Virus record (IMG/VR): IMGVR_UViG_3300003465_000010
Coordinates: 1-50,545 of that record
Source: a virus
Lineage: Duplodnaviria; Caudoviricetes
Strand: one strand, 5' to 3'
DNA: 50,545 nucleotides
A model generated the notes under the pieces. That model was not told the DNA's origin. It made no database searches and worked only from the letters and a program-made list of their open reading frames with translations. A program made the translations under genes and the position numbers. This document shows, piece after piece, positions 17,099 through 24,499 of this stretch; positions within the stretch are counted from its first letter, which is position 1; each line of letters begins with the position of its first letter.

Positions 17099-17116
17099 CC
17101 TCGCATGAATGCGAAA
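17099..17116. promoter_or_regulatory. Palindromic operator (downstream of P3)
   Basis: CCTCGC-atgaat-GCGAAA, overlapping the 17105 ATG. Confidence 0.55.
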
Positions 17117-17500
17117 AAACAACCCAGACCACCGGGACGATTACTCCCGATCGTGAGTGAGCCCGAGTCTCTCCCACGATCCTCGCTCGTTCCCCTCTAC
17201 TCCTCGATTATAGACTTCTTCGAGTGTAACAACATCACCGTTGGCCGTAATGAGGAGTGGAGACTAACAGAGCGCCTCCACGGCGAGATTCAAGGTCTCC
17301 CCGGCTCCCGTGGCTTCCTAACCGCCACCAACGGCATCCTCTGCTACGTCGAACAGCACTCCCGCCTATTCCTCGGCCACCTTCACTGGTTCGTGACAGA
17401 CAAAAATGAGCGTATTCACTTCAATCGTGAGACAAAAACGATTGAAGTCAAAACGACAAGAACATCAAAAATGACCGAAATGGTGAAAGACCTACTATGA
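17105..17500 (+). CDS. Hypothetical protein
   Basis: MNAKKQPR...MVKDLL; AGGAGG upstream. Confidence 0.65.
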   Translation: MNAKKQPRPPGRLLPIVSEPESLPRSSLVPLYSSIIDFFECNNITVGRNEEWRLTERLHGEIQGLPGSRGFLTATNGILCYVEQHSRLFLGHLHWFVTDKNERIHFNRETKTIEVKTTRTSKMTEMVKDLL

Positions 17501-17898
17501 AACTCGACTTCTCCAACGAAGCTCCCGTCTGGGTAGCCGCCCTCGTCCAAGCCGCCAAACTCGGCCAAGGATACGAGGAAGGTATGACCGAAACCAAAAG
17601 TGGCCCATCGGCCTTCGACCAGTTGCAGGATGTTGTTCGTGCCGTAATCACCAACCACACCGACTCCTCAAAACCTTCCTGCGACTGCGGCAACCCTCTC
17701 TGTTCCCTCACCCTCGCACGCGAAGGTCGCTGGCAGGAGTTGGCCGAATTACTCCTCGTCGCCAACCACATGCAAGCCTTCCTCATGGCCACCATGAAGA
17801 TCACCGACCCGAAGGTTTTACTCTCCTGCACAGGCTGTTTGATGGACATGATAGAGGCGGTGAGTGCTCAACCCAGCCAAACAGCGCACGCTGAATGA
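17497..17898 (+). CDS. Hypothetical protein (Cys-containing)
   Basis: 133 aa; CDCGNPLC and CTGC. Confidence 0.7.
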   Translation: MKLDFSNEAPVWVAALVQAAKLGQGYEEGMTETKSGPSAFDQLQDVVRAVITNHTDSSKPSCDCGNPLCSLTLAREGRWQELAELLLVANHMQAFLMATMKITDPKVLLSCTGCLMDMIEAVSAQPSQTAHAE

Positions 17899-17905
17899 CA
17901 TCTTT

Positions 17906-18140
17906 CCCACCAGCTTTGTCGCCGACCTATCTGCCGACAACAGTATGGTCAGAGCTGTGTGGGCGTTTTTGCACAGATAGTCCGCCGTTCGCTACGTGCT
18001 CATTGTCTGTGGTGTCCTGCCTGCCCGACAGGAAAGAGTGGGTGAAACTCCCACCTCGGGCAAATTTACCCTCCCCGTCTTTCACACCGACCACAAAGCA
18101 TAGGTGTTCTATCCTTCCGCGACGGGGAGGGTTTTGATTT
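17906..18140 (+). ncRNA. Candidate structured RNA (four consecutive stems, one tRNA-like)
   Basis: Stems at 17906-17963, 17972-18011, 18023-18061 and 18068-18132 (12-bp perfect) followed by a T-rich tail. Confidence 0.45.
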
Positions 18141-18141
18141 T

Positions 18142-18351
18142 ATGGACAACAACCTCGAAAAACTCGTAGCCCTATTAGAATCCGTTGCCGACAACGGACC
18201 AGCAGAAATCAAACTACACGCCATCGACAACTTCCAACAATTGCTGTGGCTTGGTAACAGCGACATGACACAACGAGACTTACCGCTCCGCGCACGTCGC
18301 ACTCTCGACCTTCTTCGTAATCTCAACGACTCTGTCATCATCCCGAAATAA
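18142..18351 (+). CDS. Hypothetical protein
   Basis: 69 aa helical. Confidence 0.65.
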   Translation: MDNNLEKLVALLESVADNGPAEIKLHAIDNFQQLLWLGNSDMTQRDLPLRARRTLDLLRNLNDSVIIPK

Positions 18352-18354
18352 CAT

Positions 18355-18600
18355 ATGCACGCAAAGCAAATACGATACAATCAACTCAAAAACACTCGCA
18401 ACGAGGAACTTCCCGGTCGTGTAAAGAACCCAAAGAAGTCCTCCAGCGCACGCCGTCCTCGCGACGACTCTTGGAAGCGTGGGACAGAAGTGAAATACAC
18501 CCCAAACCCACCCTACGTCGTCCGCCCGGACTCCCGCTACTGGCGTTCGCCCAATTTCGTCCCTCGCATCACCGCTTTTCGTATCATCACTTCCAACTAA
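18355..18600 (+). CDS. Basic hypothetical protein
   Basis: 81 aa Arg/Lys/Pro-rich; CATATG start context. Confidence 0.5.
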   Translation: MHAKQIRYNQLKNTRNEELPGRVKNPKKSSSARRPRDDSWKRGTEVKYTPNPPYVVRPDSRYWRSPNFVPRITAFRIITSN

Positions 18601-18698
18601 CAATCTCGATCTAAACGATCACCTCAGGTGCAGTGAGCTGAGGAAACCAAACCTTCTCACCGCGGGACAGGTGGACCCATATCCCACCGAACAAACAT

Positions 18699-19310
18699 AT
18701 GAAACAACATATAGCTGACTCACTCGGCTTCGACGTTATGGTCCAAGTGCCCGAAACGGTCGAAGAATTCGATTCACTCGCTGGTCGTTCCGGCGCATGT
18801 CTCGAAGAAGCCACTGACAACGTGATCTACCGCGGCGTCCTGGCTGAATTCCGTTCCAAACTCGTCGACGCTCTCGAAAAGGACACCTCCTTCCCGATCG
18901 AGCGTGAACAGAAGAAGAACGCGAAGGGTGAACCTCAATTCGACAAGGACCAGAAACCCATCCTGGTCGTCTCCGAATCCGAAGGTGCCTACAAGAAACG
19001 TCTTCAGGCCCACCTTGGCCTTGACGACGATGCCTTCGCGGCACGTTTCGCACCCCTCGCGCAGCAGGTGGCACAGGGTATCAAATTCGACCCGAAGGCC
19101 ACGGAACGCAAACCCAAGACTCCACCCAAAACCTACCTCGAAGCCGCCCGTTCCATCCTCGCCCAAGGTGGCACCTACGAGAAGGCCGCTGGGAAACTCG
19201 GCGCTGAACTCAACCGCGAAGTCCCCGCCACCGAAGAAGGTGTCGCCTTCGCCCTTCAGGAACGCGAAGCACGTCGCCGCGCCCAGGTGGTCGCCGACCT
19301 GGTGGCATAA
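18699..19310 (+). CDS. Hypothetical helical protein
   Basis: 203 aa with strongly biased codon usage. Confidence 0.8.
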   Translation: MKQHIADSLGFDVMVQVPETVEEFDSLAGRSGACLEEATDNVIYRGVLAEFRSKLVDALEKDTSFPIEREQKKNAKGEPQFDKDQKPILVVSESEGAYKKRLQAHLGLDDDAFAARFAPLAQQVAQGIKFDPKATERKPKTPPKTYLEAARSILAQGGTYEKAAGKLGAELNREVPATEEGVAFALQEREARRRAQVVADLVA

Positions 19311-19404
19311 ATCACGGTGGAGGACGTTTTCGGTCCCTGTGCATATTATATTCCATATGTCCTATGCTCAGGTGTCCTCCACCGCCTTTATTCCATCGGT
19401 TGAA

Positions 19405-19423
19405 ATTAGCCTCTAATCCTCAC
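19405..19423 (+). promoter_or_regulatory. ATTAG-cct-CTAAT-CCTCAC motif
   Basis: 9 nt upstream of the ATG at 19433. Confidence 0.65.
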
Positions 19424-19432
19424 CTCCAAAAC

Positions 19433-19699
19433 ATGGCAACTTTTTCCTTCAAAGGCAAACCCGACCAGCGTTGTAAGGGACAATCCTCCCTCTACGACCA
19501 CCTCCTCATCCTCGGCCCACTCACCGACCCCAAAATTGAACAATACGAGCTGGAGGGGAAGTATGGACCGGAGAGACAAAAAGCTGCAATCGAACGTCGC
19601 AAACTAGTCGAGGCGCAACAGAAGGTCCGGGAACAGAAAGCGAAGGCACGTGCAAAGACCGCCGAGTATCGTGCCGCAATGGTGAAAGACCTCCTATGA
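19433..19699 (+). CDS. Hypothetical basic coiled-coil protein
   Basis: MATFSFKGK...MVKDLL. Confidence 0.7.
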   Translation: MATFSFKGKPDQRCKGQSSLYDHLLILGPLTDPKIEQYELEGKYGPERQKAAIERRKLVEAQQKVREQKAKARAKTAEYRAAMVKDLL

Positions 19700-19917
19700 C
19701 CCTTGAAGACTCCTTTAACAAACAACTCCGTGAACAAATGTCGAAGAAGGACATTAAACCAAAAGAGTTGGCCGCAGCACTCAACGTCCCTGTCGGTGTC
19801 GTCTACATGGCGATGAAACGTTCTGGTTTTCATACCGCCTGGTCGATGGTGAGGTATGCGCGGGCAGTGGGATGTAGGGTGGAGGTGAAGTTGGTTCCGG
19901 AAAAGGAGAACAAATGA
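19696..19917 (+). CDS. XRE/Cro-like HTH transcriptional regulator
   Basis: QLREQMSKKDIKPKELAAALNVPVGVVY...YARAVGCRVEVKLVP. Confidence 0.75.
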   Translation: MTLEDSFNKQLREQMSKKDIKPKELAAALNVPVGVVYMAMKRSGFHTAWSMVRYARAVGCRVEVKLVPEKENK

Positions 19918-20096
19918 CCACCCCCACAGACCCCTGCCTCGCAACAACTGAAATAGAAAGCGGCGAGCCCGTGTCGCCGTGTCACAAGCCAAGGGGGCAT
20001 CAAGGGAACCACGAAGGATGGTGTTTAGGATCGCGCTGTAGGTGGTCTGATCTGCCACCCGCCCAATCCGACGAAAACCCAGCCGAAAAGATATGA
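19914..20096 (+). CDS. Small Cys/His protein
   Basis: C...CHKPRGHQGNH...W pattern; coupled ORF. Confidence 0.6.
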   Translation: MTTPTDPCLATTEIESGEPVSPCHKPRGHQGNHEGWCLGSRCRWSDLPPAQSDENPAEKI

Positions 20097-20815
20097 AGAT
20101 AACCGGCAAAGAGCATTACCTGCGATGCGTGCCTCAACCCAGCCGAAAAGGAGAACAAATGAGCGAACCGCAATGCCCTGGGCCAGAATGCAGTAAATGT
20201 AACGGCGAGTATTGCAGCGTCCACGGACCGAACCCGTGCAACTGCGATGTGATAGGTCGTCATGCAATAGAAAACTCAACGCCTCCCGCCATCCCCGAAA
20301 AATACCTCAGCCATCATATGAACGCTACTTGTATTCGCTGTGGAAACCCATTTGCGCCAACATCAAATGAGCAGGAATACTGCGTCCATTGTTCGCATGA
20401 ATTGCTTGGCAATGATTTAACAAATCCCCAACCAGAACCGCCGTCTGAGCGGGCGATCAAAGAACTAAAGGCCCTTCGCGCCGAAAACGAACGGCTGAAA
20501 GCGAAGGCTGAAAACATTCTTCAGAGCAACAACTTCAGATACTGCGTTCAGTTCTTAAAAAACGGCGGCGAGCGCGTTAGGGCGATTCGGCTCGTAATAG
20601 ATGCGGCAGGGCTCTCATTTATGGACGCGAAAAACTACGTCGAAAATCTGCACACGCCTTTGCCGGTTGTTGAGCGCGAAAAACCTAAGATCACCTGTCC
20701 GAGTTGCCGCACGGATTTTGACAACGACGACGAACGCTTAATTGTTGGCCTGTGTCCCGTCTGCGCTGAAATGTTGCCAGCCGAACTCAGCGCGATTCTA
20801 CAGAAAGGTCAATGA
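20093..20815 (+). CDS. Mosaic Zn-finger protein with ribosomal bL12 C-terminal-like domain
   Basis: Multiple CxxC pairs; RVRAIRLVIDAAGLSFMDAKNYVE. Confidence 0.65.
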   Translation: MKITGKEHYLRCVPQPSRKGEQMSEPQCPGPECSKCNGEYCSVHGPNPCNCDVIGRHAIENSTPPAIPEKYLSHHMNATCIRCGNPFAPTSNEQEYCVHCSHELLGNDLTNPQPEPPSERAIKELKALRAENERLKAKAENILQSNNFRYCVQFLKNGGERVRAIRLVIDAAGLSFMDAKNYVENLHTPLPVVEREKPKITCPSCRTDFDNDDERLIVGLCPVCAEMLPAELSAILQKGQ

Positions 20816-20985
20816 TGAAATACGAAGTAATTGATACACCAATGCGTCCGGCGCGATGGAAGGTAGAGAGCAAGGAATTTCCGGGGCGTAACAATTCATG
20901 GACCGAATACTTTTCGGATTTCATGGACGCTATACGGGAATGTAAACGGCGCAACTCGACCCCGATTCAACAGAAAGGGAAGTGA
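20812..20985 (+). CDS. Hypothetical protein (57 aa)
   Basis: MMKYEVIDTPMRPARWKVESKEF...; fills the gap, ATGA coupling. Confidence 0.6.
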   Translation: MMKYEVIDTPMRPARWKVESKEFPGRNNSWTEYFSDFMDAIRECKRRNSTPIQQKGK

Positions 20986-20989
20986 GGAT

Positions 20990-21487
20990 ATGAGCGAAAT
21001 TGTTAATGGTGTTTGTCATCTGTGCGGAACGCCGGTTCAAAAATTGTGTGAGGCTTCGATTGTCCGCTGTCAAAACTGTTGTCGCCTCTATGGCGATGGT
21101 CCGATGCCTTCCTTTTCCGCTGCGATGAAGGCTCAGATTCATTTTGCCCAATGTCATGCCGACGAATCCGAACTTCAGCGCAAAGCCTACCTGCAATTAC
21201 GAACAGAGAGAGACGCAGCGGAACAAAAAGCGAGAGAGTTGGAGGCGGAGCGAGATGAATGGAAACAGATTTGCGCCAACAGAGATCAAACTGTCAAACA
21301 GCAGGGCGACGAGTGGGTAAAACTTAAGACCGAGATCGACGCCCTCCGCGCCGAAAACGAACGCCTGAAAGAAAAGGCGGCGTGGGTGGATAGACCAGAT
21401 GTGCACGCGCAGGCGTGTCCCGCTTTTGGGTTTTACGGTGTCGGAAAAGTTCAAAACGAAAAATGTAACTGCAAACCGAAAGGATAA
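20990..21487 (+). CDS. Zn-ribbon plus coiled-coil protein
   Basis: CHLC...CQNC, long coiled coil, ALRAENERLK segment shared with the 20093 gene. Confidence 0.7.
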   Translation: MSEIVNGVCHLCGTPVQKLCEASIVRCQNCCRLYGDGPMPSFSAAMKAQIHFAQCHADESELQRKAYLQLRTERDAAEQKARELEAERDEWKQICANRDQTVKQQGDEWVKLKTEIDALRAENERLKEKAAWVDRPDVHAQACPAFGFYGVGKVQNEKCNCKPKG

Positions 21488-21489
21488 TT

Positions 21490-21720
21490 ATGCCCGGACC
21501 ATCAATGGCTGAAATTCACTACGCACAATGGAAGCGGAACGGTTCAAAGTCTGTGTATGCAGGCGAAATCTGGCACGCATTCAACCCCGGACAAGACAAG
21601 GTATTCCCAAAAAACTTCGTTAGCCGTCGTGCGAATGGAGAACTTGCTACTGTTGTAAACAGCAAAGAGGAACTGGTCGAAAACGCTAAGCTGTGCCAAG
21701 TCATACTTGCTTGGCAATAA
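21490..21720 (+). CDS. Hypothetical protein
   Basis: 76 aa. Confidence 0.6.
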   Translation: MPGPSMAEIHYAQWKRNGSKSVYAGEIWHAFNPGQDKVFPKNFVSRRANGELATVVNSKEELVENAKLCQVILAWQ

Positions 21721-21755
21721 AAAGCCGAACTCAGCGCGATTCTACAGAAAGGTCA

Positions 21756-21953
21756 ATGATTATGAACAAAGTGCTTCCAACTGTGTGCTGGGAATTGCCC
21801 AGCGATGATATTGAGATGTATTCAAAGTATTACTACCTCGGAACGTATTGCCGAAACTGTGGCAAGCACGACCAGTGTTACATAAAAAAAGGCGTTCTCG
21901 CTAAAGGATTGTCTCTCACATGCGAGAACTGTGGATGCGCTGTAAAACTTTGA
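21756..21953 (+). CDS. Zn-ribbon protein
   Basis: CRNC...CENC; start 21756 or 21762. Confidence 0.6.
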   Translation: MIMNKVLPTVCWELPSDDIEMYSKYYYLGTYCRNCGKHDQCYIKKGVLAKGLSLTCENCGCAVKL

Positions 21954-21980
21954 CCCCGATTCTACAGAAAAAAGACTCCT

Positions 21981-22526
21981 ATGCGTCCTGACCTGCAACT
22001 CCGTGCCGTCCACCGCTACATCCCCGCCATCGCCACGGTCCTCAACCGTTGGCCAGACGTCACCTCCTTCACTCCTCACATCTCCCCCGCCACCTTCTCT
22101 GCCCGTTTGCGTGACTCACTCCTCGCCATAGTCAAATACCACCAAAACGAAGTCAAAGACCTCATCGACGTTCCCAAACTCCTCACCATCTACGACGACA
22201 TCATTGTCTCCCACCGTGACGACAACACCATTCTCGTTGGTCCGAAGGAAAAGATCAAAACCTGGTCTAAGATGAACGAAGTTGTGGGCTGCGACGTCCT
22301 CGACATCCGCACCAAACACATCGACATCATCACCATCCCCGACGAGGACTACAAGGCCTTTCTCTCCGCCTGTGCTATCCTCTGCTCCCACCGCATCGAC
22401 AACTTCGCTAACGGCGTCCGCTTCGCGCACCTTACTGCCGAGCAAATCCAGACTTTAGAAGAGCTTCAGAACGTAAAAGACGTGACAGTTATACGTAATA
22501 ACGACGGCTCTTACGTAATGTTATGA
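21981..22526 (+). CDS. Hypothetical protein
   Basis: 181 aa, genome-typical codon usage. Confidence 0.75.
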   Translation: MRPDLQLRAVHRYIPAIATVLNRWPDVTSFTPHISPATFSARLRDSLLAIVKYHQNEVKDLIDVPKLLTIYDDIIVSHRDDNTILVGPKEKIKTWSKMNEVVGCDVLDIRTKHIDIITIPDEDYKAFLSACAILCSHRIDNFANGVRFAHLTAEQIQTLEELQNVKDVTVIRNNDGSYVML

Positions 22527-22538
22527 CGATAGAAACCT

Positions 22539-22943
22539 ATGCAAACCGTTCGCCCCTCAATCCACAACCCCTACGCCAACACTCCCGAAGACGACCTCAT
22601 CGCATTCCGTGCGAAGCTAAAGGCCGACGATCTTCGTGCTATACAAGCAATCTTCCCCGGCAAGTCCGGGGTTCTACAGGCCGTATTCAACACCCTCGTT
22701 AAACAAACAGCCGATTATGTCCGAAAACACCGATACACCTATCTCGAACGCACCACCGTCGAGGCCTACCTTTGTGCCCGACTCACCGATCCTGAATCTA
22801 ATCCACACTCCAGTGGACAAGATGACGGAGGAGGAACTACGCGCCCACGTCCAGAAGCTCAGGGAGATTCGGCAGACAAGCCAACTGGTCAAGTCAGTGA
22901 GCCCGAAAAGGTCGTCCGCAACAAGCGAGCTAAGAAAGGCTAA
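22539..22943 (+). CDS. Hypothetical protein
   Basis: 134 aa, folded N-terminal half and disordered tail. Confidence 0.65.
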   Translation: MQTVRPSIHNPYANTPEDDLIAFRAKLKADDLRAIQAIFPGKSGVLQAVFNTLVKQTADYVRKHRYTYLERTTVEAYLCARLTDPESNPHSSGQDDGGGTTRPRPEAQGDSADKPTGQVSEPEKVVRNKRAKKG

Positions 22944-22983
22944 AACGTCGGTACCGAAGATTGACGTGTCGGAGTTCTTATGA
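22717..22983 (+). CDS. Hypothetical protein overlapping the previous gene
   Basis: MSENTDTP...PVDKMTEEELRAHVQKLREIR...IDVSEFL; ATGA coupling to the next gene. Confidence 0.6.
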   Translation: MSENTDTPISNAPPSRPTFVPDSPILNLIHTPVDKMTEEELRAHVQKLREIRQTSQLVKSVSPKRSSATSELRKAKTSVPKIDVSEFL

Positions 22984-23102
22984 AGAAACTCGGAGAGTGG
23001 TGTGTTATCGTTTTCGCAGTACTACTGGTGGCTGCCATACTCGCCGCGGGTATCTACTACGAATACGTCAAATTCATGTTTTTTCTCAAAAACTCACAAT
23101 GA
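22980..23102 (+). CDS. Small single-TM protein (40 aa)
   Basis: MKKLGEWCVIVFAVLLVAAILAAGIYYEY...; coupled on both sides. Confidence 0.6.
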   Translation: MKKLGEWCVIVFAVLLVAAILAAGIYYEYVKFMFFLKNSQ

Positions 23103-23281
23103 ACCCCAACCTCGCCATACCATTCGCGGCGTGTTTATTCCTCGCCTTGTTCGGAGCACTGACCCTACTAGTGCAATACGGTGCAATCAAACATAATGGC
23201 TCAGGTCAATTCAAACCTGAATCCGCCTTCATGTTTTGTCTTGGTACAGCAGGTGCCATAACTCTCTGGTTAATACAATGA
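23099..23281 (+). CDS. Small two-TM protein (60 aa)
   Basis: MNPNLAIPFAACLFLALFGALTLL...; coupled. Confidence 0.6.
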   Translation: MNPNLAIPFAACLFLALFGALTLLVQYGAIKHNGSGQFKPESAFMFCLGTAGAITLWLIQ

Positions 23282-24321
23282 CCCCTTTACCAATCATCGA
23301 CGGCTGCCTCTACATCGACAACACCCAACTCGAGAACTTCCAAACCTGTTCTCGTCAGTGGGAATACGGCTACGTCCGTCGTCGCATCCTAGACGGCTCA
23401 GGCGCCGCCGTCCGCTTCGGTGCCGCAGCGCACAAGATGATGCAATACCGCTACTCCAAGGAAGACTTCCTCTCGGCCATCGACGGACCGGATATGATTG
23501 CTGCTGGTCTACAATACCTCGAAGCCAACCCCTGTCCCTCCGAGGAATGGCGGAACGCTGAACAGCTTTCCCTGCTCGGCGAAACCTACAACAAAGAATA
23601 TGCCACCGAACGAGTCATCGTGGAAAAACTTAATCGCAAGCTCACTCTCCCAGAGCGGTGGGAATACCTTGCCGCCGACTTCCACCATGCTAAAGACTTG
23701 TCCAGCACGACTCAGCATGTCATTCTCACAAATCACGGAATCCCTACCATGGGTCTCCGTCCATACGTCGAACGCCCCTTCGCCATCCCTCTCGCCGTGT
23801 TTGCCTACAGAGGTGAGCCGGTTACCGTTATATACACCGGCCGTATCGACCTCGTCGAGCGAGAACACCACCGTCTCTGGGTCTGGGACCACAAAACCAC
23901 CACCATCATGGGCTCCCAGTTCTCCGACCACCTAAACATGTCCGCCCAATTCCCCGGTTACATGTGGGCGGTTCATAAACGCACCGGCGAATTCCCCCTC
24001 GGCTACAAGGTCAACATCCTCGGCTCACGTCAACCCACCGCCAAAGGCACCGGCAAACGCATCGAACTCTCCCGCGAAACCTTCCCTAAAGACTGGCGTC
24101 TGGTTGAAGAATGGCGTGACAACACCATCCAACTCCTCGAAGAAGTCTTCTTTCATGCGAACAAAGGACACTTTCCATTGAAGAAAGTCTGGTGCGTGGG
24201 GAAATTCGGCAAGTGCCAATACTATGATGTGTGTTCCTCTCCGACCCCCGAAGCGCGTGAGATGCTTTTGACCTCTGGTTTGTATAAACACAACGACTGG
24301 TCGCCGTTGAAGGAGGATTGA
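23278..24321 (+). CDS. Cas4/RecB-like PD-(D/E)XK exonuclease
   Basis: FG...H, E, GRIDL, DHKT, Q..GY motifs; 1+3 Cys cluster (TCSR...WC...KCQYYDVC). Confidence 0.85.
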   Translation: MTPLPIIDGCLYIDNTQLENFQTCSRQWEYGYVRRRILDGSGAAVRFGAAAHKMMQYRYSKEDFLSAIDGPDMIAAGLQYLEANPCPSEEWRNAEQLSLLGETYNKEYATERVIVEKLNRKLTLPERWEYLAADFHHAKDLSSTTQHVILTNHGIPTMGLRPYVERPFAIPLAVFAYRGEPVTVIYTGRIDLVEREHHRLWVWDHKTTTIMGSQFSDHLNMSAQFPGYMWAVHKRTGEFPLGYKVNILGSRQPTAKGTGKRIELSRETFPKDWRLVEEWRDNTIQLLEEVFFHANKGHFPLKKVWCVGKFGKCQYYDVCSSPTPEAREMLLTSGLYKHNDWSPLKED

Positions 24322-24322
24322 T

Positions 24323-24499
24323 ATGGACGGACGCACCCTTTTATTCAAACTCCACAACAAACTCGGAGACAAGTTAGATGACGCACACCGGCACCTCACC
24401 TTGTCCGATGACCGTTACGACGACATAGTCCACCGAACTGAGATGCGAATTTACAGCGACCTCCGCGAAATCATACAACAAATACTAGACGAATCATGA
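24323..24499 (+). CDS. Hypothetical protein (58 aa)
   Basis: MDGRTLLFKLHNKLGDKL...; fills the gap, coupled to the helicase. Confidence 0.6.
   Translation: MDGRTLLFKLHNKLGDKLDDAHRHLTLSDDRYDDIVHRTEMRIYSDLREIIQQILDES

Larger units (their letters stand above)
20779..21760 (+). repeat. 38-bp direct repeat (20779-20816 and 21723-21760) plus related 19-mers at 20958 and 21952
   Basis: AGCCGAACTCAGCGCGATTCTACAGAAAGGTCAATGAT twice; GACCCCGATTC(T/A)ACAGAAA twice. Confidence 0.9.

Noticed and set aside
18023-18062. Canonical tRNA gene
   Set aside because: No D-arm or anticodon arm and no encoded CCA; reported only as tRNA-like
17895-18137. 80-aa ORF across the structured region
   Set aside because: Pro/Ser/Cys-rich, atypical codons; strong stems favour an RNA element, though ATGA coupling means it cannot be fully excluded
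19405-19423. TAATCCTCAC resembling T3/T7 RNAP promoters
   Set aside because: No single-subunit RNAP motifs were found in any ORF and the similarity is short; kept only as an unexplained motif
20779-21970. Repeats as a CRISPR mini-array or DGR template/variable pair
   Set aside because: Spacing is gene-sized and irregular, there is no adenine-specific mismatch pattern and no reverse transcriptase
23278-24321. Cas4-like gene as part of a CRISPR system
   Set aside because: No repeat-spacer array or other cas genes; it sits in a standard Sak4/SSB recombination module
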